A stretch of 64,000 nt of DNA from contig MU057959.1 in the NCBI GenBank assembly GCA_013265495.1, forward strand, positions 13,202 through 77,201, in the 5' to 3' direction. The translations under genes were made by a program, and so were the position numbers. Shown piece by piece: positions 1 through 13,780 of the stretch. The notes under the pieces were generated by a model. The model did no database searches, was not told where the DNA came from, and was given only the letters and a program-made list of their open reading frames with translations. Each line of letters starts with the position of its first letter. The stretch's first letter is position 1. This DNA comes from Vicugna vicugna. Taxonomy: Eukaryota.

Positions 1-607
1 AGTAACAATTACTATCAGGACATCTTGGGACATTTGAATAATTCGTAGTGTTTTTTTTGTTACCATCATCTGTGATTCAGTGAGAATAGACATGCATACA
101 AGCCCTTCCTCACTGATTGCACGTTAGCTTCATTCAGCTAATTAGTGGCTTAGTCACCATCCCACCTTTGTTCATCCTTGTGTCACTCTGTCAGTGTGGT
201 GGATGCTATAGTTGACTATAATGGGAAGAAACCAGAGAAGACCTTCCTTATCGCTGCCTCCTTATACACCTAATCTTGTCACACCTTGCAGTCTTACTAA
301 GATGTTTTCTTTAACATGTGTTTTATGGAATCCAACATGTTTTTTTTTTAACCCCATCTGCATATTATCACATGCAAGTTCAGGAACTTTGTATATTTCC
401 ATCATCCCAGCAGTGGTGTTGATTTCTCCTTGGGAACAAAAGCAACTGACCAATCAACACTTGATGTTACGAGTCCTGCCCTGTATCAGGCAGCCTTCTG
501 AACAGTGTGTTTGAATGACTGCATTTCCTCTGCCCCACAGTCTTATTGTGTGATGTAAAAGCTGTCCAGATGCCTCTACCTCATGTGTTGGTGTTAGGTC
601 AAGTTTA

Positions 608-3600
608 GAGGGTGGAACCAAGATGGCAGAGTAGAGACTCACAGCTCAGCCTCTCCCACAAATACACAAAGAGTTACATCTACAAACCCATTGAATCCCA
701 CAGAATACCTACTCAACTCTGGCAGAGTGTCTCTAATTTCAAAAACAGGAGGATTCTCACAAAATACAGTAAGGGAAAGGAGGAGAAAGAAAAAATTGTG
801 TGCAGGACTGGTCCTGCAGATAGGGTGTGGCTTAGGAAGAAAGGCACCCTCTCGATGTGACACCCCCCTTTCAACAGGGAGGTCAGTGAGAAAAGAAGTG
901 GTGCTTCCAAGGCTCAGAGGAGACGGTGACAGAAGGCAGAACTCCTGGAATCTGACCCCAAAGTTCCCTGCTGTCCATGGCCCTAAGTGGGGGTCAGGAG
1001 TTATGAGCCGGGGCTGGCTGCTGGAGATCCGTGACAGCCCAGGAAGAGGGCAGGGGCCCACTGCACAGAAGCAGCCTCGTGGGGCTGGAGGGCAGTGTGA
1101 GCTCTCAGTATGCGTACGGAGCAAAACATCATCGGACTCTCAGACAAAGCACCTCTGTTGGTCCGTGTTGGGGAAAGGGGCCTAATGCAGTCTCATCATA
1201 GCCACTTTGCTTGGCTCCTTTGTTGTGTTCTTGTCAGAAGAGAACTGTGGCTTGGTCAGAGCCGTCGCTGTTGCTTGGGGCAGTCCTGAAGGGTGACTCC
1301 ACACCCTGTGGCCCTGCAGCTTCAGGAGCTGGACTGAGATTTGTTTGTAGCCCCAGGCAGATAAGGTGGATTTGTTCTCTCTGGACCATTTGTGGACTCA
1401 TGCCTCTGGGAGCAGGGAGCAGGGAGCAGAGTCCTGACTCATGGCAGGGGCAAGTTCAGGTATTTTCAGCAGGCCAGCATACAGCACTGTGCTGACACTG
1501 GCACAACATAGATTCAGGTGTGTGACTGCACACTTGCTATGGTGGGTCCTAGTGCCTGACATTGGCAGATCTCAGTGGTGCTTCCTGGGACCCAGAACCT
1601 GCGGAACACCATAGTACGTGGCCAACATTCCCACAGCTGAGGCAGAGACAAAGGCAGCATCAACAAACAGTACTTGTAAACCCACATATCAAGTGACAGA
1701 CACCGCCACAGAGGGCACTTCCCAGTGGACATTACCTGCCTACTCTTCTTCCCACCTGAGGTGCTCCAACCCTGCCTGCTACACACCACAGGTCAGAAAC
1801 AGATCTAGAAGTCTCTATTCCAGCTACAGAGGAGCAGACCAGGCCTGTCTCAAGGCTGTGACCACTACAAAACAAAAAAGGCCTGGTTCAACAACAACAA
1901 TCAGGGCGGGCTCTGGTCACCACAAAAGCAACCACACCCTTAATCAAACGGATAACAGCTGACACTCCTGGAAGAAAGACATGGCAACAATCCATACTAA
2001 GAACAGCCATCACAACAAAACTATTAGATGCACACATTCTACATGGGAACGTTCCTACATGAAATAAAAACAAACAGGAAAAAAAAATAAAACAAACCTT
2101 TCTTCAGGAACACAGTAGATAAGTGATACTCCTAAATCCATAGAGGCAGAAAAACATAAGTAAAATGAAGCAGAAGAATTGCTCCCAATGAAAAGAACAA
2201 GACAAATCCCTGAAAGAATGATCAAGGAAATGGACTTCAAGAGTCTACTAGGTCATGACTTCAAAAAGGGAATGACCAATGCGATAAAGGAACTAAAATA
2301 CATTATCAGTTGAGACAGAGAATACTTTAAAAAAGAAATTAAAAGTATAACAAGAATCAATTCAAAATAGAAAACTCAATGGCTGAGATAAGAGCCAAAC
2401 TACAGGCAATCAGAAGCAGACTACATTATGCAGAGAAACCAGTAAGTGACTCAGAAGACAGGAGTACAGAAGGCATCCATCAGAACAGCGGACAAAAAAG
2501 CAAGTAAAAACCAATGAAAGCAAAATAAGAGACCTATGACATAATACAAAGTGTGCCAATCTGTGCATAATAGGGTTCCCAGAAGGATAAGAAAGAGAAG
2601 TCTTTGGAAGGGCATTTGAAGAAGTCATGACTGTAAACTTTCCAAACCTAAAGAAGGAAACACATATCCAAGTAAAGTATAGGAGGCACAGAGGGTCCCA
2701 AACAAGAAGAATCCAAACAGACCTACACCAAGACATATTATAACTAAGATGGCCAAAATTAAAGATAGAGAAAAGATTCTAAAGACAGCAAGGGGAAAAT
2801 GGAGTTAATTACAAGTGAACCCCTCCGAGGCTTTCAGCTGATTTCTCTATACAAACACTAGTGGCCAGAAGGGAGTGGCAAGATATATTCAAAGTCCTGG
2901 ATGAGAAATCACTGCAACGTAGGATACTCTATGCAGCAAGACTATCCTTTAGAGTAGGAGAGGTAAAAAATTTCACAGGCTAGAAAAAACTAAAAGAGTT
3001 TAGCAGCACTAAACATGCTAAAAGAACTATTGACAATTTCTAAATAGAAAAGAATAGAAAAGAAACAGGAAGCTATAGAAATCAGAAAACCATAATGGAA
3101 AAATGATAACTACAGTTAATATCAAGAGAATAAGCATTAATATGTAAAAAAAATCAATAATAAAAGCTGATAGGGAAGCCAGAAAATACGTATTTTTTTC
3201 TTACTCTTTGTTTTCCTTACTTTTTTTTTCTTTTTAGAATATATGTGAACTTACATGACTATCAGTCTATAGCAAGCAGATATATGAAGGGTTTGGCATA
3301 CTTGAAAAACAGGGTAAGCACAAATCAGTAGCATACAAGTGAGTCAGAAAAAAGAAACAGAAACCAAGCTAATTCAAAAGAAAATTATCGAAGCACTAAG
3401 AAAAACAAAAAGAGAAAGAGAAACAAAGAAGAAATATCCAATTAACTGGAAAACAAAGTTCAAAATGGCTATAAACACACATCTGTCAATAACTACTGTA
3501 AATGTCTGTGGACTAAATGCTATCAAAAGATATAGAGTGATGGATTGGATAATTAAAAAAAAAAGCCTACAATATGCTGCCTACAAGAGATCAAATTACA

Positions 3601-6600
3601 GTAAAGGACACATAGTTTGAAAGTGAGGGGATGCAAAAAATATTTCATACAAATGGAAAGGACAAAGAAAGCAGGAGTGGTAATACCCATATCTGACAAA
3701 GTAGGGTTTAAAACAACAGCCATAAAGACAGAGAAAGGACAATATATAATGATCAAAACAGTGATACAAGATGAAGATATTACACTCATTAGCATATATG
3801 CACCCAATATAGGAGCACCTAAACATGAGAAAAAAAATGACCAGACATAAAGGGAGAAATTGATGGGAATACAGCAGAACTAGGAGGCTTCAGGTCTCCA
3901 GTAACATCATTGGGCAGATCTTCCAGACAGAAAATCAACAAGACAACAGAGATACTATGTGACACAATAGGACAGTTGGACTGGTTGATAGTCTTTGAAC
4001 ATTATATCCTGCCAAAACAGAATATACATTCTTTTCAAGTGCTCATGGAATATTTCCTAGGATAGACCACATACTTGGACACAAAAAAGCCTCAAGAAAT
4101 TTAAGAGAATAGAAATTATTCCAAGCATCGTCTCTGACCACAGTGTCACGAAACTTGAAATCAACCACAGAAAAACAAAGTAGAAAAAGATGGTAGCATG
4201 GAGACTAAGCAACATGCTACTGGAAAACCAGTAGGTTGATGATGAAATCAAGAAGAAATTAAAAAAATACCTTGAGACAAACGATAGTTAAAACACAAGC
4301 ACACAAAATCTATGGGATGCTGCAAAAGCAGTCCTAAGAGGGAAGTTCATAGCAAAAAAAACCTTCCACACAGAAGAACAATCTCAAATAAGCAGCCTAA
4401 CCTACCACTTGAAAGGATTAGAAAAATAAGAACAAAACCTACAGTCAGTAGAAGGAAATAAACAACGATTAAGGAGGAAAGAAATAAAATGGAGATTAAA
4501 AAAACAATGGAAAAAATCAATCAAACCAAATACTGGTTTTTAGAAAGAGTGAACAGAATTGACAAACCTCTGCCCAGGCTCACCAAGAAGAAAAGAGAAA
4601 GCATATAAGTAAACAAAGTAAGAAGTGAAAATGGACAGATTACAACCAACTCCACAGAAATACAACAACAACAAAAATAATTGTTAGAGAATACCATGAA
4701 CAACTATATGGCAATAAATTGGACAACTTAGAAGACATGGACCGGTTTCTAGAAACCAACAATCCACAAAAACCGAATCGAGAAGAAATAGATCACTTGA
4801 ACAGACCAATCACTAAAAATGTAATACAATCAGCAATAAAAAACTTCCTTGCAAACAAAAGTCCAGGACCCAATGGCTTCATTAAGGCATGCTATCAAAC
4901 ATGCAAAAAAGAACTAAATACAAATTCTTCTCAAATACTTTCAAAAGAATGAAGAGGAAGCAAAACTCCCAAACTCATTTTATGAAGCCACCATCACTAT
5001 GGTCCTGAAGCCACAGAAAACAGTACCAGAAAGGATGCTGTAGGCCAATATTGTTGATGAACATAGATGGAAAATTCCTGAACAAAATATAAGGAATCAA
5101 AATCCAACAACACATAGAAAAGATCATACACTGTGATCAATTTGGATTCATCCCAGGGACAGAAGGATGGTTCAACATATGCAATTCAATCAACATGATA
5201 CAGTAGCACGTCAACAAGAGAAAAGACAAAAATCACATGATCATATCAGTAGATGCAGAAAAGTCATTTGGTAAAATTCAATACCCAGTTATGATAAAAA
5301 CTCTTACCTGAGTGTAGAGGTTAACATATCTCAACATAATAAAAGCTATCTGTGACAAACCTACAGTCAGCATAGTACTGAATGGTGAGAAGCTGACAGC
5401 CTTTCCGCTGAAATCTGGAACAGGACAAGGATGCCCACTCTCACCACTTCTATCCAATATAGAATTGGAAGTCCTAGTCATAGCAATTAGAGAGGAAAGA
5501 AAGAAAAGGGATCTAAATTGGAAGAGAAGCACTAAAATTGTCAATATATGTGGATGACATGATAACTGTATATAGAAAACCCTAAAGGCTCCACCCAAAA
5601 ATTACTAGAGCTAATCGTAGAATTTGGCCCTCCAGCATGATACATGATTAACATTCAGAAATCAGTGCTTTTCTTTACACTAAAGATGAAATATCAGAGA
5701 AGTAAAGAAACAGTCCTTTTTAAAATTGCATCTAAAAAAATGAAATAGGAATAAAACAATGACTAAGGAAACATGACTTAAAGAGCTTAAAGACATTGAG
5801 TAAAGATGACTTTAAAGAGTGGAAAGAAGATATCCTATGTTCTTGGATTAGAAGAATTAATATTGTTGAAATGGCCATACTACCCAAAGCAATCTACAGA
5901 TTTAATGTTATCTGAATCAAGTTACCAATGATATTTTTCAAAGAATTAGGAAAGTAATCCTAAAGTTTATATGGAATCACAAAATACCCAGAATTACCTA
6001 AGCATTACTGAAGTAAAAGAACGAAGCTGGAGGTATAACCACCCCAGACTTTAGACAATACTACAGAGCTACAGTAATCAAAACAGCATGGTAAAGGTAC
6101 AAAAACAGACATATGGATCAATGGGACAGAATAGAGAGCCCAGAAATGAACCCACAAACTGTTGGTCAATTAATATTTGACAAAGGAGGCAAGAACATAC
6201 AGTGGAGTAAAGACAGTCTCTTCGGTAAATGGTGTTGGCAAAACTGGACTCCTGCATGTAAATCAATGAAATTAGAGTGTTCCCTCACACCATACACAAA
6301 AATAAACTTAAAATGACTTAAAGAGTTAAACATAAGACAAGACAATTTAAACCTCTTGGAAGAAAACATCGGCAAAACATTATCTGACATAAATCACAGC
6401 AATGTTTTCCCTGGACATTCTACCCTGGCAATAGAAATAAAACTAATAAAAAACAATTGTGGCCTAATTAAACTTGAAAGCTTTTGTACAGCAAAGGAAA
6501 GCATAAACAAAACAAAAAGACAACTTACTGAATGGGAGAAAATATTTGCAAAAGATGAGACTGATAAGAGCTTAATATCCAGAATATACAAACAAAACGT

Positions 6601-7610
6601 ACAAGTTGATAAGGAAAAAAAAATCCAAAAATGGGCAGAAGACCTAAACAAGCAATTCTCTATTGAAGACATGTGAAAGTCCAATAGCACATGAAGAAAT
6701 GCTCAATATTGCTAATTATCAAAGAAATGCAAATGAAAACTACAATGAGGTATCACCTCACACCAGTCAGAATGGCCATCATTCAAAAGTCCACAAATGA
6801 CAAATGCTGGAGAGGGTGTGGAGAAAAAGGAACCCCCTACTCTGTTGATGGAAATGCTGTTTGGTGCAGCCATTGTGGAAAACAGTACGGAAATGCCTCA
6901 AAAAACTAAAAATAGATTTTACCATATGATCCATCAATCCCATTCCTGGGTATATATCCAGGGGAAACCTTAATTCTAAAAGACAGCTGCACCCCAAGTG
7001 TTTGTAGCAGCACTGTTTACAATAGCGAAGACATGGAAACAACCTAAATGTCCATCAGCAGATGACTGGATAAATACATGGTATATTTATACAGTGGAAT
7101 ACTACTCAGCTATTAAAAAGAATTAAATATTTACATTTGCAGCAACATGGATGAACCAGGAGATTGTCATTTTAAGTGAAGTAAACCAGAAAGGAAAACA
7201 CCATAGGATATCACTTGCATGTGGAATNNNNNNNNNNNNNNNNNNNNNNNNNNNNNNNNNNNNNNNNNNNNNNNNNAAAAAAAAAAAAAAAGACAAACGA
7301 ACTTATTTATAAAAGAGAAACAGACTCACAGACACAGAAACAATGTTTTGGTTACCAGGGGGAAGGGAGTGGGAATAGAAAATTGGGAATTCAAGATTTT
7401 CAGATACTAACTAAATATAAAAAGATAAAACAAGAAGTTTATACTGTGTAGCACAGGGAACCATATTCAATAAATTTTAGCAACTATGGTGAAAAAGAAT
7501 GAGAATGAATATATGTATGTTCATATGTGACAAGTATTGTATTGAAGGATAGAAATTGACAAAACATTGTAAACTGACTGGACGTCAGTAAAAATGTATT
7601 TAACAAAAGA
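608..7610 (+). mobile_element. Full-length, decayed LINE-1 inserted in intron 2 of lipocalin copy A, antisense to the gene
   Basis: The 5' end has the YY1-type motif CAAGATGGC (619-627). Remnants follow in order: ORF1 (~2160-3040), then ORF2 endonuclease (..ISIYAPNIGAPK), RT region and C-terminus (..[22 protein letters not shown]), then a 3' UTR with an A-rich tail. The target-site duplication is caagttta (600-607 and 7611-7618). Removing the element restores the sequence seen in D at ~51765-51800. Many stops and frameshifts. Confidence 0.95.
7228..7276. other. Assembly gap (N run) inside the L1 3' end
   Basis: Run of N characters next to a poly-A tract. Confidence 1.
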
Positions 7611-10600
7611 CAAGTTTACTTGCCAGGCTGTGGAGGAAGTGACCGCCTCACAGTGACCGCACCCCCGTGGAGGGGTGCACCTGACCTCTTTGGCTTCGTC
7701 CATCCACCTGCCACATTTCTCTTCAGAAGAACAAGCGCTGATCTACTCTGTGTTACCTCTAAGTCCATTCTCCCTTCTAGCCCCCGAACCCTTATTGAAA
7801 TCACTCATCTGGATCTGATTTAAAACTGCCCACCTATGTCTCTGAAACACAAAAACACCATTCCCCACTCTCTGGAACACTGAAACATCATGCGTCTGCC
7901 AGAGCAAAGACTAAGTAACAGCAGACACCTCAGAGTTTCAAAGAAGACTGTGCATCTTGCCCAAGGCCACTTTAAGTACATGGCCTTTGGGTTCCACTGG
8001 GACAGTGTAAATCAGGCTTCATGCATCTCTGCAGGTTCTCAGTCCCCACCTCTGTGACCCCCATGGTTTTACAGAGGACGGTTTGCAGAGAATCTCACTG
8101 TGGGCTCTCTGTGCTTGGAAGGTGAAGGACGCAGTGAGAGTAAGGGCATCTCCTGGGCCCCCTGTTGTGATCACGGCGCTGCTGGTGCTGTGCTGGCCGT
8201 GGCTGCACGTTATGTCCCCAGAACAACCTGGGGATGGGGGTGGGGGCTGCAACCACTTGTTCCCAAAGACTGTAGGACAGGCCAACTGTTCCTTTCACTC
8301 CCTTCTTAAATTTTCCTGTCCACGTCCAGGTATAAAAGATTCCCCAAAATGGAGAAATTTAAAGGAAAAGTACTATAAGCCTTAATGATTGAGCCAAAAG
8401 TAAATAATAATTTGGGAATGAAAAAATACAAACATCATTTAGGAAACATGTTGATGTATAAACTTACTGATGAATATGTAGATATATCCTTAAGACATAT
8501 ATTTTACTTCTTTGTTTATTGAACAACCTCTGTGCTATTTCTTCTGTTACATCAGAATTGGGACCTCACATTGATAAATTTAAATTTTCATCAACTATAT
8601 ATCCCTTAGACCATTTAGTTTAGGAATGTTGTTTAGGGCCATTAGAATGAACTTAGGTGCATTTTGGCCAGGAAATGCATTGCTTTGAACACAATCCATG
8701 TTTATGAAGCAATAAGCTTGGTGTTTGAAATCACTGTTTTGGGGGGGATTTAAGGTCCTTGGCTGTGTAGGAGTGGATTGAAGTGTTCTAAGATTGTTGT
8801 CAAAAAGTGTATCCTGCAGAATGACATTGATGTGTAAACTCAAGATAGTCCCTTGAGATGGTAGTTCTTAAGGTTGTTTTAAACAATCTAGGAAGAGATT
8901 CATGCACCTGAGAAACACCTGAAATAATAGTTCTATGTACATGTGGTTAGTCTGTCCTTGACCACACTCAAGATCGGGAGGGGCCATCCAGGTCATGAGA
9001 TTTAAGCCTTTGTTCATGACAAAGTAAAGTGCCCAGAAAATCTAGGGTCTATAGCCTGGTCATACCTCTCATCATGGTAGTCCTAGAATTTTAAAATATG
9101 GGCTCCCTGAAGGAGCTTGAGGCCAAGATTTCAACCCCAATATACCTTTACTCCTAAAACCATTATATTTGCAATCTATGACATAAACACCATCTGTTTG
9201 CTTTCTCCCTGGGGTGATTTCTATTTTCCGTTGTCCATTGTACCTTATATGGAAAACGTATTCAAGTGGGTTTATTAAAAATAATGAATAATTTGATATT
9301 TAATTAGGATTTTCTTTGTTTGACCCTCCCAAGTCCCTAGGTCTTCTATCACCTTAGAGCCTGTAAACAAGGTGACATTCAGAAGAGAAGAAGTAAGTCC
9401 TCTAAAATCAAGTAACTGTCCAGTGGCAAGGATGCATGTTTACACGTAAAATCTGAGTGGAAATTTGAAAGATAAACTACAAATTCACAGATCATGTTTA
9501 AAGCCTAATAAACATTAAGAAATCTAGAATTTGGGAAAGAAAAGAAAAGTAACGAGGGTTTTCATCAAACTCATGCCTGTCAAGATACGCCTTGTTTGTT
9601 TCACAACCCTGGCCATGATTTCTTAGAGAATACAATAACAGAGCAGTAAAAAAGACAAAAATGTGTTTAAGTGCATCCAAACACAAGCTCTTCTATGAAA
9701 ACACTGTAAGAGAATGAAAAATTGGAAGACACAAACACATATGTGTGTCAAAAATTGTGGCCACATTAAAAGTCAGTTAAGCATAGGGCAGAAAAAATTA
9801 TGGAAGTGGTAAAAAGAGGGATAATGTGATGTTCTTAAAATGTCTGACAGCTGACAGGTACGTCTGTTGGGATAGGATACATACATGTGTGTGGGTATAA
9901 TGTGATTATAAGTAGGCTATCAAATATATATAATATACAGTTAATTATATGTATTTGTATATCTTGAAACCGGTATCTCCAACTATAAAGCTCTTAGTTG
10001 TCTTCCTAGTATTTTTATTCCTCAAAACATCTGAGTTTTCAGACTCTTAGAAAACCTGCGGGGTGGAGAACATTCCATGAGCAACAGTGGAATTGTGGTG
10101 ACATGCATATGTTTAGTAATGATTGTAAATCACAGAGGATCAGCCTTTCAGGGTAGAGACACCTCTTTGTCACCCACAGCCCCACATGGTCTGGCGCCCA
10201 GTGGGAACCACATCCTCTAAATTCTGCATGAAGGAGTCCAGCCCCTAGGACTGTGGGGATGGAGACCAGGAGCCTCTTGTTCCTGGAGCCTTGTCCCCTT
10301 TTTCCTCTAACGAGTTGACTCCAGGGGAGGCTCTGTTACTCTCCCTCTAAGCAGAGGCTGCAGAGTCTCATGTTGAGTCTGATCCTGCACCCGACTCAGC
10401 TACTCCAGAGACCCTTCCAATGCACACAGCCCAGGGAGTCACATCATTGCAGCTAATCCAGGAATTTTACAGCAGATGTGGAGACCAGACCTTCTCTCAG
10501 GGTTGGGGATTTATGTGAGTTTCACTTCTGTGTTATTTTTACTTACCTATTGAACATAGTTAAGGTGATTATTTCATTTTCATTGTCGAACTCAATCTTA

Positions 10601-11115
10601 CAGATAAAGAGGTGGCATGGACAGGCCTCACTGATCCTCTAGGTGTTACTGGCTGCAGGATAAGTGGGTTTCCATTCTTAAATCTGAAAGCAAAATTCCC
10701 CTTAGAAACTGTGGTCACGTCTTTTCATGGTGTCCATCACCGTCCATCACAACTTTCTTTCCCTTCACTTCTGCACATCAGCACAAATTACCTACCTGGT
10801 ATGAACAAAGCAACGTTCATAAACTAATATGAAAACCCAAGGCAAAGGGGAAATACGGAGTTGACATTGTTCACAGATAGCTTACACCTTGTGAAATGGA
10901 ATAGCTCCAGTGGGACTGGTCTTTGGCTGACCCCTGTTCTCTTGTACAAGAACAGAAAAGATGTGGGACAGCCCAGTAATAGATTGTGCAGAGAGCACAG
11001 AGAGAACATAGCAGAAGTGCAGCCACCAGTTCGTGGAGAACTTCTGAGCTGGAGGTAGGTGGCCAAGTGAGGTACTTGGAAATACGGATACAAATAGCCA
11101 CAGCCCAAAAGGAGG

Positions 11116-11122
11116 CGCGCGC

Positions 11123-11165
<43 letters not shown>
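11116..11165. repeat. (CG)n(CA)n microsatellite in intron 1 of copy A
   Basis: gcgcgcgcacacgcacacaca...; shorter equivalents in B (~21014-21050), C (~37538-37549) and D. Confidence 0.9.
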
Positions 11166-11169
<4 letters not shown>

Positions 11170-11349
11170 TACACGCGGAGAAGACTTCCTCCCATATGAG
11201 CTCATCCCTTGTACCTCTGATTGAGCCTCCTCAGTGTCAAGTTGTCAAAACTCAGCAACAGAATCTTCATTGTGTTTGTTCTTCTAGTTGTCCTGTTGGC
11301 GAAGCTGACCGTGCACCAGTTGGCAGAGAGAATCTGAATGTGTGCTCCT

Positions 11350-11356
11350 TTTTATA
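11350..11356 (-). promoter_or_regulatory. TATA box of copy A
   Basis: TATAAAA on the minus strand about 80 nt upstream of the ATG, at the same position in all four copies. Confidence 0.75.
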
Positions 11357-13561
11357 GGATCCCTCTATGTCCTGACCCATAATGAACCAATGAATATTAA
11401 TTTGAGACCTGGTTACATAGACATTTTGTTAGGATACCCTGCTTGGCAGTCACGAGCCTTTCTGTCCACCTGTTGTTTTTATTTGTGATTAGTTTTAAGA
11501 GAAGCTTAAGTTGATCTGGACACTTGACCTTTAGGGTAAGTGAGAAATCATAGTGCAGTTGAGATGTTTCAAGAACAGTGATGTTTGTTTTCTTTTATAT
11601 CCTGAGTTGCAGAATGGGATAAATCCAAGACACTTGTCTGCCAATAGAATGTTATTTCTATCATTGAGGAGATATGTTTAAACGTATCTTGTCAAACTAA
11701 AGCTGTTACTGTTTGGTGTAACAAGATTACAGTGATTTCCTTAAGAGACCTTAGGAAAGTCTCCAATCCCTGAGGACAAACATGTATCTCCTCCCCAGAC
11801 GGTGATCTGTCATCCTTCTCACTAAGAGGACCTTCCCTGCAGACAACCAAGAACCTGTTGTGAGGAAGGCACTTCAGCAGTTCATTTTCATTGCTCTATT
11901 TTCCAAACACTTGTTACAATCTTGTCTGTAATATGTTATTTATTCATTGACTCAGTTGTTTCTCCAGGCAAGCAAGAATGCATAATAGGTCCTGAAATTT
12001 TTACCCGTTTGAAAGGAAAGAGCAAATTTTTTATCTTTGTACCTCTGGTTATTTTCAAGGACCCTGGAACAGCCAAGGAACCTTTTCTATGTCATTTCTT
12101 CCTCAAATTTTTATTCACGTTCATTCTTTCCTAGTGATTTATGAGATAAATTCCCTAATGTATATTTCATTCTGAATATAGAAATGGTGCTCGGATGATG
12201 TCCCACTCAATCTGAGTAGGGACACCCAGAGTCCTGACTCAGTCCTGGATGTTCCTGCTACACACGCAGCCTCAGCATCTCTGTGATGTCTACCTTTGAG
12301 GAGATTGTGGCTGAAAGTGGTCTCCAACTTCCATCTTATGTCTGATATTTGTCTTCATACTCACAAGAACCAACTACATTCATTCACTGTTGCGATTTCT
12401 CTTTTGTTTTAGTCCCGCTATCATCTTGTCTGTTTGTTTCACAGATTCCTCTGTATATTGTCCTATCCAATCTTGGACTGTGAAGTCTAGGGGAGGTGAA
12501 GCTTTCATGTCTCAGAATGTCTTGGAATTTGTTCTCTTACCTCCCTGATCGGGACAGTTCTGAGCAGGGTCTTGATCCCAACTAACACCCCTCATCCACC
12601 TGTCTCACTCCCTCCAACTCTGCGTGTTTCACTCCAACATTAGCAGGTTTTGCTTTTGGAGTGATACCGACAGATGTTCTCTTGAGACGTACACCGTGAT
12701 CATCCCAACTTTGGAAGAGCTTTGTTAGTGCCAATCAATGGGAAATTAAACAGCAGTTATCTTAAGAGATTATTGCAGCAACTTGGTCTTTGGATCCTGT
12801 TAATCCTGTTATTTTTATACCTGTTAGTATTCACGTAATCTTTAATATTTATTGCCTTGAACTCGTGTCAGTCACAGTGTGCCTTAACAGTATGACAAAT
12901 AATAAAGGAACCATCCTACACAAACATGAATCTGTTAACCCCTAAATATTGCTAAGTCATCCTATGTAGATGTCCCTGGTCTGTCTTCTCAAATTTGTCC
13001 AGCTTTCTGGAACTTTGTACCCCACCTCTCAGTTTATCAACTAACTTATGTCTTCTTTTTCGGTTTTCTCTGTGATCAGTGTGCATCTTAAATTCCATAA
13101 TTCCTCTCTAAATACTGCAAGGAAGCTTTTGAGTCTTGCCACCAGACACACCTGCTTCTCTCAAGGATTCCTGACCATACTTCTAATGAACTTAGTATTG
13201 AATTGAGGTAATTCACCACATCCCCAATTGTTGAGGTTTGATCCTGTGAAATTCTCTCCTGAAATGTCTCTCAAATGAGGACAGGGTCAGAAATCCCCAG
13301 ATTTATTGATGATGCTGGTCCTGATGGAGGGTGTTCAGTGCTGTGCATGGATGCCCACTTTTCTACCCAGTGCCCCGGGAAAGGTCATTGCTCCTGGTCT
13401 CCAGATACACATCTGAGTTGAAAGCTTTCAGGCCCTCTTCCAAAAGCTTGCCCTATGTCAGGATTGTTTCAAGGCACTGGTGCCCTTGGTAGATGTCTTC
13501 TCCTAATCAACAGCTGTGGTTTGACCAGATCCGGGAAGGCTTTCCAAAGCTGTTTGAATGG

Positions 13562-13780
13562 TATTGGTTTTCAATCATAGACCACTGTGCCTACCAGCTG
13601 AGACACTTGACACAAACGGTGACATGTTTGACCGTTCCAGTGGGAGAGGAGGTGTTGACGACTTCTACCTAGTGGGCAGAGATAAAGCATCTTTGTACAC
13701 ACCCTGTAGTGTGCAGGACAGCCTCTCACACTTAGAGTTGTCCAGTAATGTGTCAGTCGTGGGGAGGTTGAGAAGTGCTA
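13562..13780 (+). mobile_element. MER20-like hAT-Charlie DNA transposon upstream of copy A
   Basis: About 219 bp with termini resembling CAGTGGTTCTCAA...GGTTGAGAAACCCTG and internal CTAGTGGG(C)AGAG and CAGGACAGCC motifs that match my recollection of the MER20 consensus. Confidence 0.75.

Larger units (their letters stand above)
1..11270 (-). pseudogene. OBP/Bos d 2-like lipocalin pseudogene, copy A (exon1 11215-11270, exon2 10547-10683, exon3 268-322, exon4 partial 1-69; remainder outside the window)
   Basis: Exon1 begins ATG AAG ATT CTG TTG CTG but is 56 nt versus 81 in C and D, a 25-nt deletion and frameshift. Exon2 (cag..gtaagt, 137 nt) translates I*EWKPTYPAASNT*RISEACPCHLFICKIEFDNENEIITLTMFNR with two stops. 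The exon3 acceptor is mutated to AA. Exon4 has a 4-nt poly-A expansion relative to D. A 7-kb L1 sits in intron 2. Confidence 0.85.

Noticed and set aside
691..2073. Several ORFs of 90-164 aa on both strands
   Set aside because: They lie in the GC-richer L1 5' UTR and show no recognisable protein features.
10824..11357. Cys/Val-rich or His/Thr-rich ORFs (MCVCVCV.., HTHTHT)
   Set aside because: They are translations of the CA microsatellite.
11570..11590. AGAACA-containing steroid response element-like site in the promoter
   Set aside because: The spacing and second half-site are imperfect and not conserved in the other copies.
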